Source of the DNA: an uncultured Porticoccus sp.
GTDB taxonomy: Bacteria; Pseudomonadota; Gammaproteobacteria; Pseudomonadales; Porticoccaceae
NCBI RefSeq assembly: GCF_963973895.1
Contig: NZ_CAXBBF010000001.1
Reading direction: 5' to 3' (one strand)
DNA: 64,000 bases
How positions within the stretch are numbered: position 1 is the stretch's first letter; each line of letters opens with the position of its first letter. The notes beneath the pieces were generated by a model. It saw nothing but the letters and a program-made list of their open reading frames with translations. It did not search any database and was not told the origin of the DNA. Shown here one piece after another: positions 19,213 to 28,304 of this stretch. The position numbers were made by a program, and so were the translations under genes.

Positions 19213-20585
19213 GATTGTGGATCCGGAAAAATTTTATCGACTTTGCATTCCAGGGAACCGTTCGCCAGCCGTGTGGCAATGCTGTCGCCGATTTGTACGG
19301 TTGCGACGCCCCGCAATATGTTGTGCTGTTGGTCTGTAACAATAGCATACCCGCGTTCCAGCGTTTTTAGCGGACTCACGGCGTTGAGCAGTTGTAACGC
19401 GTTTTGCCACCGGATTTTCTTTTGCTCGAGCAGGGTGTCGGTGGCGCGTTCCAGCCGGCGAGTCAGCAAATTCAGGCTGTCGTTCAAATAGTCGATTCGA
19501 TAACCGGGACCTGCTTGCTCCAGGCGTGCACGCAAATGCTGCAGGTGCATATCCAGCTGTTGATGTTGCCCCGAGGTGGTTCGGACCAGTCGCGCTTGCA
19601 GGGCCTGCAGCTGTTGCTCCTGCTGCTTGAGGCGTTCTCCGGGATCCCGCAATTGACGAGTCAGACTGTCCAGGCGTTGCGACGTTGATTGCAGCCGCCG
19701 CGAAATGGTTTCGCAAAGCAACTTTTCATAACCGCGCAATTGGTCGAGCAGTTTGTTGCCGTCGGGACTCAATACTTCGGCTGCGGCGGAGGGGGTTGGC
19801 GCTCGGTAGTCAGCAACGAAGTCGCTGATCGTGAAATCAATCTCATGACCCACCGCGCTCACAATCGGAATCCGGCTGTGGTAGATCGCTCTGGCAACGA
19901 TCTCTTCGTTAAAAGGCCAGAGATCCTCGATGGAACCGCCGCCGCGGCCGACAATCAGCACATCACAATAATTATCGTGATTGGCCAGCTCAATGGCCGC
20001 TGCGATCTGTGCGGCAGCGGCTTTTCCCTGAACCAGCGCCGGGTAAACTCTCACTGCGATGCCCGGAAAGCGGCGTTTCAGCACCGAGAGAATGTCCTTC
20101 AGTGCCGCGCCGGTAGGCGATGTAATGATACCCAGCCGCTGCGGCTGGGTCGGCAGTGGCTGTTTGTGGCGGTCGTTAAAGAGCCCTTCGGCATGCAGGC
20201 GCTGTTTCAGTGCATCAAATTGACGCTGCAATGCCCCGAAACCGGCTTCTTCGAGGTGCTCAACAATCAACTGGAAGTCACCCCGGCCTTCATACAGGCT
20301 GACCCTGCAGCGGGCCAGCACATGGTTGCCGTGGTCTGGGCGGAAACGGACATGGGCATTTCGATTGGCGAACATCGCACAGCGAACCTGGGCCTGTTCG
20401 TCCTTGAGCGTGAAATACCAGTGTCCGGAGCCGGGACGGGAGAAATTGGATATTTCACCCTCGACCCAGACCAGGGGAAAGTGGGTTTCAAGCAACTGTC
20501 TGGCGCGACGGTTTAGTTGGGTAACGGTCAAAGTGATTGGTATGTCAGGCATAGCCCATTGTCCATCACCAGTGAATCGAGTCAA
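19209..20585 (-). CDS. xseA: Exodeoxyribonuclease VII large subunit
   Basis: 458 aa with an N-terminal OB-fold region (VWVEGEISNFSRPGSGHWYFTLKD) and a long coiled-coil C-terminal half. It is divergent from guaB, as in many gammaproteobacteria. Confidence 0.9.
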   Translation of the reverse strand: MTRFTGDGQWAMPDIPITLTVTQLNRRARQLLETHFPLVWVEGEISNFSRPGSGHWYFTLKDEQAQVRCAMFANRNAHVRFRPDHGNHVLARCRVSLYEGRGDFQLIVEHLEEAGFGALQRQFDALKQRLHAEGLFNDRHKQPLPTQPQRLGIITSPTGAALKDILSVLKRRFPGIAVRVYPALVQGKAAAAQIAAAIELANHDNYCDVLIVGRGGGSIEDLWPFNEEIVARAIYHSRIPIVSAVGHEIDFTISDFVADYRAPTPSAAAEVLSPDGNKLLDQLRGYEKLLCETISRRLQSTSQRLDSLTRQLRDPGERLKQQEQQLQALQARLVRTTSGQHQQLDMHLQHLRARLEQAGPGYRIDYLNDSLNLLTRRLERATDTLLEQKKIRWQNALQLLNAVSPLKTLERGYAIVTDQQHNILRGVATVQIGDSIATRLANGSLECKVDKIFPDPQS

Positions 20586-20769
20586 TTTAAATAATAGCTA
20601 TTGGCTATAACCTATGGTCACCAGACCTATTGAAAAAAGTATTTTTTAGCCGACCATGCCTTTATAATAGCGCGCTTACTTTTATCCTTGAGCTATAGAG
20701 AGCGGTAATGATCCATTGTCTGACGCTCAAGCACTGAAATCCATTTCCCTGACGAGGTAAGCCATCCTG

Positions 20770-22239
20770 ATGTTGCGAATCGCAGAAGAAGCTCTCACCT
20801 TCGATGACGTACTGCTGGTACCCGGTTATTCCGACATAACCGCAAAAGATGTTTCTCTTAAAAGCCGCCTGACGCGGAACATTGGACTGAATATCCCGCT
20901 CGTCTCTGCCGCGATGGATACCGTTACCGAGGCGCGACTCTCCATCGCGCTCGCCCAGGAAGGTGGTATCGGTATTATTCACAAAAGCATGTCCATCGAA
21001 AAACAGGCCCTGGAAGTGCGCGCCGTCAAGAAGTTCGAAAGCGGTGTGGTCAAAGACCCGATTACCATAGATGCTTCTGCCCCTGTCAGTGCCTTGCTGT
21101 CCCTGACCCGTGAACACAATATTTCCGGTGTGCCCGTGCTGGATAACGGGGAGCTGGTGGGTATTGTCACCCGCCGCGACGTTCGCTTTGAACCCAGTCT
21201 GGATTTGCCGGTATCGGCCATCATGACGCCCAAGGATCGACTGGTAACCGTGCGGGAAGGGGCCAACGCAGACGAGATCAAAGCACTGCTGCACAGGCAC
21301 CGCATTGAAAAGGTATTGGTCGTAAACGCCGATTTCGAGCTGCGTGGACTGATTACCGTCAAGGATATCGACAAGGCCGAAAAATATCCCAACGCCTGCA
21401 AGGATGATCAGGGCCGATTGCGGGTAGGGGCCTCCGTGGGCACCAGCGCCGACACCGATGAACGTATTATCGCCCTGGTTCGGGAGGGTGTGGATGTGCT
21501 GGTGGTCGATACTGCCCACGGTCACTCTCGCAATGTGCTCAACCGGGTACGTCAGATCAAGGCCCAGTTCCCCGAGGTTGATGTGATCGGCGGCAATATT
21601 GCCACAGCCGAGGCGGCTTTGGCGCTGGCCAAAGCCGGTGCGGATGGCATCAAAGTGGGTATTGGTCCCGGATCGATTTGCACCACGCGCATTGTAACCG
21701 GCATCGGTGTGCCACAAATTTCCGCCGTCGCCAATGTGGTTGAAGCATTGGCAAGTTATCAGATACCTGTTATTGCCGACGGGGGTATCCGTTTTTCAGG
21801 CGATATCGCCAAAGCGCTGGTCGCCGGGGCCCACGCGGTAATGATGGGCTCGATGTTTGCCGGCACAGAAGAAGCGCCCGGTGAGATTGAGCTGTATCAG
21901 GGCCGAACCTATAAATCCTATCGTGGCATGGGATCGATGGGCGCAATGTCCCAGACCAGCGGTTCCAGCGACCGTTATTTTCAGGATGCAAGCCAGGGTA
22001 CTGAAAAACTGGTCCCTGAAGGCATTGAAGGCCGCGTTCCCTACAAAGGTCCGTTATCGGCGATCATTCATCAGCTGATGGGCGGCGTGCGATCAGCCAT
22101 GGGTTACACCGGCAGCGTTGATATTGAAACCCTGCGCAGTAAACCCCGTTTTGTCAGGGTGACTTCTGCGGGTATGAGTGAAAGTCACGTGCACGATGTA
22201 TCCATCACCAAGGAAGCTCCAAATTACCGGCGTGAATAG
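20770..22239 (+). CDS. guaB: IMP dehydrogenase
   Basis: 489 aa with a CBS pair insert and the catalytic loop [11 protein letters not shown]. Confidence 0.97.
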   Translation: MLRIAEEALTFDDVLLVPGYSDITAKDVSLKSRLTRNIGLNIPLVSAAMDTVTEARLSIALAQEGGIGIIHKSMSIEKQALEVRAVKKFESGVVKDPITIDASAPVSALLSLTREHNISGVPVLDNGELVGIVTRRDVRFEPSLDLPVSAIMTPKDRLVTVREGANADEIKALLHRHRIEKVLVVNADFELRGLITVKDIDKAEKYPNACKDDQGRLRVGASVGTSADTDERIIALVREGVDVLVVDTAHGHSRNVLNRVRQIKAQFPEVDVIGGNIATAEAALALAKAGADGIKVGIGPGSICTTRIVTGIGVPQISAVANVVEALASYQIPVIADGGIRFSGDIAKALVAGAHAVMMGSMFAGTEEAPGEIELYQGRTYKSYRGMGSMGAMSQTSGSSDRYFQDASQGTEKLVPEGIEGRVPYKGPLSAIIHQLMGGVRSAMGYTGSVDIETLRSKPRFVRVTSAGMSESHVHDVSITKEAPNYRRE

Positions 22240-22312
22240 CCTGGGTTTCCGGTGTGTTGAAAACGACCCGACAGGGCTGCCTAGAGCAGCCCTTTTAGAT
22301 TGGTAACTGACT

Positions 22313-23887
22313 ATGACAGATATTCATTCTCACAAAATCCTTATCCTGGATTTCGGCTCCCAATATACGCAGTTGATCGCCCGCCGTGTACGCGAAGTCG
22401 GGGTCTACTCGGAAATCCGTGCCTGGGATATGGATGAAGCCGAGATCATTGCCTTCGATCCCAAAGGCATCATCCTGGCGGGGGGGCCGGAGTCGGTTAC
22501 CGCCGGAGAATCGCCCCGGGCTCCTAAGCTGGTTTTCGAGCTGGGTATCCCGGTTCTGGGTATCTGTTATGGCATGCAGACCATGGCTGCCCAGCTCGGT
22601 GGCGCCGTGGAAGGCTCTTCGATTCAGGAATTTGGCTATGCCCAGATCAAGACCCACGGCAACAGCCGCCTGTTCCAGGGTGTGGCTGACCATGTGGATC
22701 ATGACGGGGGCACACTGCTCGATGTCTGGATGAGTCATGGCGATAAAGTGGTTACCTTGCCAGCCGGTTTCGAACTTATGGCGTCGACGGGTTCCTGCGC
22801 CATTGCCGGCATGTATTGTCCCGAAAAAGATTTTTATGGTGTCCAGTTTCACCCGGAGGTGACACACACCCTGCAGGGCATGCGGATGTTTGAGCACTTC
22901 GTGCTTGATATCTGTGGCTGCGAGGCACTCTGGACGCCCGCTCAGATTATTGAGGACAGTATTGCCCGGGTGCGTGTCCAGGTCGGCAGTGACAAGGTGT
23001 TGCTGGGGCTTTCAGGAGGCGTCGATTCATCCGTGGTCGCAGCGTTGTTGCACAAGGCCATCGGCGACCAGCTCACCTGTGTTTTTGTCGACAACGGCCT
23101 GCTGCGCAAGCACGAAGGCGATCAGGTCATGGACATGTTTGCCAAAAACATGGGGGTGAAAGTCATCCGTGTGGACGCAGAAAAACAGTTTTTGAGCAAA
23201 TTGGTGGGGGAGGCTGACCCGGAGAAAAAGCGCAAAATCATTGGCAACACGTTCATTGATATTTTCGATGTGGAGGCTACTACCCTCAAAGACGTCAACT
23301 GGCTGGCCCAGGGCACTATCTACCCTGATGTCATCGAATCGGCGGCGGCCAAGACCGGCAAGGCCCATGTGATCAAATCCCACCACAATGTAGGAGGCCT
23401 GCCCGAGACCATGAAAATGGCGCTGGTAGAACCCCTGCGGGAACTATTCAAGGACGAAGTCCGCAAGATTGGGCTGGAACTGGGCCTGCCCTACGACATG
23501 GTGTATCGACACCCATTCCCGGGGCCGGGGTTGGGTGTGAGGATTCTCGGTGAAGTCAGAAAGGAATACGCCGATATCCTCAGGGAAGCCGATGCCATTT
23601 TTATCGAAGAACTCCACAAAGCCGATTGGTACCACAAAACCAGCCAGGCGTTCGCCGTCTTTCTGCCGGTCAAGTCCGTGGGTGTGGTGGGCGATGCCCG
23701 TCGCTACGAATGGGTGATTGCCCTGCGCGCGGTGGAAACCATCGACTTCATGACGGCCCGCTGGGCACATTTGCCCTACCAACTCCTGGAACAGGTTTCC
23801 AATAGAATTATTAATGAAATCAGTGGGGTATCAAGGGTTGTTTATGATGTTTCTAGTAAGCCTCCGGCGACGATTGAATGGGAGTAG
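22313..23887 (+). CDS. guaA: GMP synthase (glutamine-hydrolysing)
   Basis: 524 aa with the GATase motif GICYGMQ, the ATP-PPase P-loop SGGVDSSV and the conserved C-terminus PPATIEWE. Confidence 0.97.
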   Translation: MTDIHSHKILILDFGSQYTQLIARRVREVGVYSEIRAWDMDEAEIIAFDPKGIILAGGPESVTAGESPRAPKLVFELGIPVLGICYGMQTMAAQLGGAVEGSSIQEFGYAQIKTHGNSRLFQGVADHVDHDGGTLLDVWMSHGDKVVTLPAGFELMASTGSCAIAGMYCPEKDFYGVQFHPEVTHTLQGMRMFEHFVLDICGCEALWTPAQIIEDSIARVRVQVGSDKVLLGLSGGVDSSVVAALLHKAIGDQLTCVFVDNGLLRKHEGDQVMDMFAKNMGVKVIRVDAEKQFLSKLVGEADPEKKRKIIGNTFIDIFDVEATTLKDVNWLAQGTIYPDVIESAAAKTGKAHVIKSHHNVGGLPETMKMALVEPLRELFKDEVRKIGLELGLPYDMVYRHPFPGPGLGVRILGEVRKEYADILREADAIFIEELHKADWYHKTSQAFAVFLPVKSVGVVGDARRYEWVIALRAVETIDFMTARWAHLPYQLLEQVSNRIINEISGVSRVVYDVSSKPPATIEWE

Positions 23888-24030
23888 ACCCGCAGTGTAA
23901 AGGGATGACCTTACAAGGATGCGAACATGTTGCCATTGGTGGCTGGCCGTTTGAAAGGCCACTTCACGTTATTTGGTGCGCCTACTGGGTTTGATTCAGC
24001 TATAGTTGAAATTTAATAGAGGAGTCCTAC

Positions 24031-24666
24031 GTGTCAAAATTTTTTCCCCAACATCTTGCAGCATTTACAATTGCCGTTTTGTTGATGACAACATTTTCGT
24101 TCAGTGCGTTTGCAGAAAACCCGCAATGTTATAAAAAGATCGAAGGGATTTCACTTGATCAAAGCGTTGGCGACATTACAAATAAGTTGCAGCAATTGGG
24201 ACTGCAAGACATTACCTGCAAACAAAGATCAAAGATGCCTTGTGCCGCCAGAAAAAAACAAATGCAGACTTATGCCACGAACGATCAAGGTTCTCTGCAT
24301 AAGGTCGGTGATAAACTGGCGAGACTGACATTTGATAATACGGGAAAGCCAAGAAGCTTTGCGTATGAATATTATACTGACGGCCCTTCGACGCTACAGG
24401 CACATGATGAAAACAGAAGCTGGGAAGGCTGGACACATAAGGATACGATCGAATCCCGCATCAATGAATATTGCAAAGGCTCCACACCAGAGGGCGTCAG
24501 AGTTGGCTGTAAATACGGCAGCGCACTTACCATTAATGTTATGTACGGCGAACCACGCGATAAAGATTGCTCGTATAAGTTCAACGTCATGTTCAGTGCT
24601 GTGAGAGGAAAGCCGGAAGCCCCGACAAATCATAAAATTATCGAGACGATAACGCTCAATAAATAA
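24031..24666 (+). CDS. Hypothetical secreted cysteine-containing protein
   Basis: 211 aa with a GTG start and signal peptide (AVLLMTTFSFSAFA). I recognise no family. The surrounding DNA is AT-richer than the flanks. Confidence 0.55.
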   Translation: MSKFFPQHLAAFTIAVLLMTTFSFSAFAENPQCYKKIEGISLDQSVGDITNKLQQLGLQDITCKQRSKMPCAARKKQMQTYATNDQGSLHKVGDKLARLTFDNTGKPRSFAYEYYTDGPSTLQAHDENRSWEGWTHKDTIESRINEYCKGSTPEGVRVGCKYGSALTINVMYGEPRDKDCSYKFNVMFSAVRGKPEAPTNHKIIETITLNK

Positions 24667-24905
24667 GGATTATTTTGATGCATTATCTTAAATATTTTTA
24701 TGCACGTTCTTACTGCTAAGCCCGTTTACAGTTGCCTATGCGGATGTTCTGAGTGAGCAGGACGCGGAGACTGGCTTGGTGCCAGAACTGACCTGTTCTC
24801 GTTAGCAGAGGAAATAAAGGAAAAGGATTTGGATTCATTTTTTAAATTTCGACCGGTGCTGACAGGCAATACTCGTCCTGTCTAACAACAGCAGGAGAAA
24901 CTTTT

Positions 24906-24940
24906 AAAAGCCCAGCATCTTCGCTGGGCTTTTCTTTTCT
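24906..24940 (+). terminator. Rho-independent terminator (possibly bidirectional)
   Basis: AAAAGCCCAGC-ATCTTC-GCTGGGCTTTT followed by CTTTTCTT. It lies 240 nt after the nearest annotated stop. Confidence 0.7.
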
Positions 24941-25040
24941 TGACCTCGCAATAAGCTGACATGCGCAGGTAACGAATATTTACCCTTCCTGTTACCAGTA
25001 CTCTCATATTGATTTTGAAAAAGTATTTCTGAGTTAGTTG

Positions 25041-25092
25041 ACTGTACTATTACAGTTTGATAGGCTGCATTTAAGCACTGTAAAAATACAGT
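25041..25092 (+). promoter_or_regulatory. Twin 16-bp palindromic operators ACTGTA-N4-TACAGT upstream of the Xre-RES cassette
   Basis: ACTGTACTATTACAGT (25041-25056) and ACTGTAAAAATACAGT (25077-25092). A TTGACT hexamer overlaps the first copy. AGGAGG at 25105-25110 precedes the ATG at 25117. Confidence 0.55.
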
Positions 25093-25116
25093 ATTGGTGC
25101 TGCTTAGGAGGTAATC

Positions 25117-25518
25117 ATGATCGCTCAAGCCGAACAACTGCTGCAACGTGGTTCCAGTGTCACCAGTTCACTGCTGCCGGCGATTTTCAATATCTTCAGC
25201 CAGTGGCGCCTCACTGGTGCCCAGCAGATGACGCTACTGGGACTCAGCAATGAGAAGACCCTCTATAACTGGAAGAGCCAACCCGAGAAGGCCAAGCTGA
25301 CGCGAGACCTATTGGAACGGGCCAGCTACATTTTGGGGATCTACAAGTCCTTGCAAATCCTGTTGCCTGATCAGGTGCTGGCTGACCAGTGGCTGGCCAC
25401 ACCGAACGACAACCCGCTGTTCAATGGCACGGCGCCGCTGGACCGGATACTTGCTGGTCAGGTGGTCGACCTGGCCGTGGTCAGGGATTTTCTTGATGCG
25501 GAGCGGGGTGGTTGGTGA
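25117..25518 (+). CDS. Xre-like/DUF2384 antitoxin (ParS/MbcA family)
   Basis: 133 aa with the C-terminal toxin-binding region typical of DUF2384 (WLATPNDNPLFNGTAPLDRILAGQVVDLAVVRDFLDAERGG). It overlaps the RES gene start. Confidence 0.8.
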   Translation: MIAQAEQLLQRGSSVTSSLLPAIFNIFSQWRLTGAQQMTLLGLSNEKTLYNWKSQPEKAKLTRDLLERASYILGIYKSLQILLPDQVLADQWLATPNDNPLFNGTAPLDRILAGQVVDLAVVRDFLDAERGGW

Positions 25519-26219
25519 TTGCGATCGATACGCTACCCAGCAGCGAGGTCAATGAACCGGTCTACCGGGTCATCCTGTCGCGCTATCCCCAGATCCACCT
25601 CTTCGAGCGCGTCTCCAATCCCCAGGATTGGGACGTGCTCTACGCCGTCGAGTCGCTGACCAACCCCCGGCTGCGCGATGAAGTCGGCGATATTCGCCTG
25701 GTGCCGCCGGAAGACCGCGTCTATGGCGATGGTGCCTCCTGGATCATGGCTACCTTCACTCATCTGCCGGTGGACAGACGGGGTGGTCGCTTCAATCGGG
25801 ACTTCGGTATCTATTACTGTGCTGCCGATGAGGCAGTGGCCATTACTGAATCATCTTTTCATCGGGCGCGCTTTCTGCGGGAATCCCGAATCCACAAAAC
25901 CACCCAGGAAATGCGCGTGATTCGTGCGCACTTGGGACCGACAACTCTTCACGATGTGCGGCACCTGGCCGGACACGCTATTTACCATCCCGATGACTAC
26001 GCTGAAGCCCAGCAGCTCGGTTACGCGTTACGTAATGCCAAAAGCTTTGGTGTTCACTACCAAAGCGTGAGAACGAAAGGGGAGTGCTACGGCGTGATGC
26101 GTGCCCGAGTGCTGTCCGATGCGATCCACTGGCGCTATCTGCGCTACCACTATGACCAGGGGACGATCGTCAACGTTGAATCCCTCGATGGCAATAGTGG
26201 CGGCAGTGGCAGGAGGTGA
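25512..26219 (+). CDS. RES-domain toxin (ParT/MbcT family, NAD+-targeting)
   Basis: 235 aa with RES signature residues in GGRFNRDFGIYYCA, AITES and HYQSVR. The start is TTG 25512 or GTG 25515, overlapping the antitoxin stop. Confidence 0.82.
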   Translation: MVIAIDTLPSSEVNEPVYRVILSRYPQIHLFERVSNPQDWDVLYAVESLTNPRLRDEVGDIRLVPPEDRVYGDGASWIMATFTHLPVDRRGGRFNRDFGIYYCAADEAVAITESSFHRARFLRESRIHKTTQEMRVIRAHLGPTTLHDVRHLAGHAIYHPDDYAEAQQLGYALRNAKSFGVHYQSVRTKGECYGVMRARVLSDAIHWRYLRYHYDQGTIVNVESLDGNSGGSGRR

Positions 26220-26818
26220 TGGCAATGTATAAAGAGCTGCTGTGGATCTTCACCCAACTCCCGGACGATTACATCGTCCTTGATACCGAAACCACCGGGC
26301 TCCCAGACGAAAACGGCCCGCCGGATATCGTGACACTTGGCATCACCGTGGTAAGAAATCGGGAGATAGCGGCATCCTTCGAATTTAAAATACAGCCACA
26401 AAAACATATTTCAGAAGAAGCGCAGTCGATACACGGCATTACTAACGAACAGGCCGCTGAATTCGAATCCTTCGGTGCCCAGTGGGACCAGATCGCGCAA
26501 TACTTAAAAGAACAACTGATTGTCAGCCACAACGCCAGTTTTGATTGGCCCATCCTGCTTGACCATGCCGCGCGATACAATTTGAAAATGCCCATAATTA
26601 GTGGTGTGTTTTGCAGCCAGAAGGCCTCCATCCCTTGGGCACAAGCGATGAATTTGCCCTGCAGCCAGAGAGGACCGTCGTTAGATACGTTGACGGAAGC
26701 GCTGGGCGTTGAAAACCTCAGAGAAAAGAGCAGTGGAATACATGGAGCAGAGATAGATAGCCAGCAGGCGGCTCGAGTGGTGGAAACAATGCGACGATCT
26801 GGGACCCCTTCAATCTGA
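26219..26818 (+). CDS. DEDDh 3'-5' exonuclease (DnaQ/epsilon-like domain protein)
   Basis: Exo I LDTETTGL, Exo II SHNASFDW, Exo III HGAEIDSQQAA. AGGAGG at 26211-26216 lies inside the end of the RES gene. ATG 26219 overlaps the RES stop TGA (26217-26219); ATG 26225 is an alternative start. Confidence 0.85.
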   Translation: MAMYKELLWIFTQLPDDYIVLDTETTGLPDENGPPDIVTLGITVVRNREIAASFEFKIQPQKHISEEAQSIHGITNEQAAEFESFGAQWDQIAQYLKEQLIVSHNASFDWPILLDHAARYNLKMPIISGVFCSQKASIPWAQAMNLPCSQRGPSLDTLTEALGVENLREKSSGIHGAEIDSQQAARVVETMRRSGTPSI

Positions 26819-27220
26819 AGTGTCAACCTGTTCCACCGGACCGGTATTTTTCTCTGGTGCCCAAATCTGTGCTAGCACTGACGAGAAGTTGTTGCGCTCA
26901 AATTGAAATAATCAAACAAATACTGGCTGGTATTCACAGCTAGCGGTAAGCAATATTTTGCATGGTATTTTCCAGGATATTGTCTGGATTAAATGAGTGA
27001 CAATCATTCAATTACAATGAAAATTGGGTGAAATGGCTAGGCTTGCCCCTAATCAAAATATTGTTGTTCTGATGATTATATGGGGGTAAAGTTTTGCCAA
27101 AGGTCATAGCAGAATGAAAAGAACTGCCTTCCAAGACCCAAGCCATCATTTCATGCTTGTACCTTAGCTTTATCCCCGATTCATTGAAAACTATTCGTCG
27201 TATCTTTGAGGATAAATCCG

Positions 27221-28090
27221 ATGAGCAGGTTACCCCTTTTTAAGATTCTAGCGTTAAGTATGGTGGTGAGCAGTTGTGGTGGCAGTGAGGACTCAGCAGT
27301 AAGTAGTACAGAACACGCCAGCCCTAACGACACTGCTATAACGAAATCAGCGACTCAAACCACTCAGCCTTCTGCTATGCAACCGGCTAAAGGGACCATT
27401 GGCAGCCGTATCGGACCCGATATCGCCGGCCTGTATCTGGGTATGACACCTGAAGAAGTCAATGCTGTAATGAAAGCCTACGATGCAAGCATACGTATCC
27501 AGGACACCAGCCGTTATTTTGAATACAACGCGCTGGGCAAACGCTACAAAACTGACAGCTTTCTGGTCGCCACACATGGTCAGATGCCGGGGGGCAGCGT
27601 CGGTCTGTCAGTCGGTTACTCTTACCCTCCCAGCGAACCACGTGTAGTTTCCATCACTCGGGGCCACCGCCAAACCACAGAACCTTTAACTCAGGCCGAT
27701 TATGCGAAGGCACTGATTGATAAATACGGCCAACCAGTCGCAGATATTAATAATGGCAGAACCGACTCCAGAGCCGAACGCACGCTGAAATGGAAGTTGG
27801 CAGAAACCGGAGATACGAGCTGTGTGCTCGGTGCCTCAATAGGCAATAGTGTGCTGGATCGTTTTGTCAAAGAGGGTAGGAAGATGGCCACCGTGGACGT
27901 GACACCAGATTACGCCGCCCAATGCGCTGGGCTGTTCGAATATACCTTGCGTGGCGAACCCGTTACCAATGCAAGCGGCACCATTTTTGATGTTTGGGCG
28001 CAGGCCAAATCTGAATTTGAAGCACAGGCCTGGGTGCAACAACAGGTTGCAGAAAAATCCAAAACCGGCACGGAAGCACCAAAACTTTAG
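27221..28090 (+). CDS. Hypothetical lipoprotein
   Basis: Track ORF trimmed to MSRLPLFKILALSMVVSSCGG (lipobox VSSC). I recognise no family. Confidence 0.6.
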   Translation: MSRLPLFKILALSMVVSSCGGSEDSAVSSTEHASPNDTAITKSATQTTQPSAMQPAKGTIGSRIGPDIAGLYLGMTPEEVNAVMKAYDASIRIQDTSRYFEYNALGKRYKTDSFLVATHGQMPGGSVGLSVGYSYPPSEPRVVSITRGHRQTTEPLTQADYAKALIDKYGQPVADINNGRTDSRAERTLKWKLAETGDTSCVLGASIGNSVLDRFVKEGRKMATVDVTPDYAAQCAGLFEYTLRGEPVTNASGTIFDVWAQAKSEFEAQAWVQQQVAEKSKTGTEAPKL

Positions 28091-28304
28091 CTGGAATATT
28101 CCAACTAGATCGGGACTGCCGGGGTTGCGGTGCTTTTTGCCGGATATCCCTCGAGCCATGGACGCTGGCTGCACCTGGGTTTCTTTAGGAGGTGATTCCA
28201 CAAAGGCGAGGGGGCACGTTGGTCATTGCCAGCGCCCGCGAGCACGGCCTTTTTTACCAGACCATTTGGCAGCACTACTGGCTTTCACCGCCGGTTTGCA
28301 CTAA

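Noticed and set aside
20662-21717. 351-aa ORF on the minus strand.
   Set aside because: It is antisense to guaB, which is unambiguous. The sequence is G/H/D-rich and motif-less.
25041-25092. Possible LexA (SOS) boxes, because the palindrome arms contain CTGT...ACAG.
   Set aside because: The spacing is CTGT-N6-ACAG, not the gammaproteobacterial CTGT-N8-ACAG. The sites are more economically explained as antitoxin operators.
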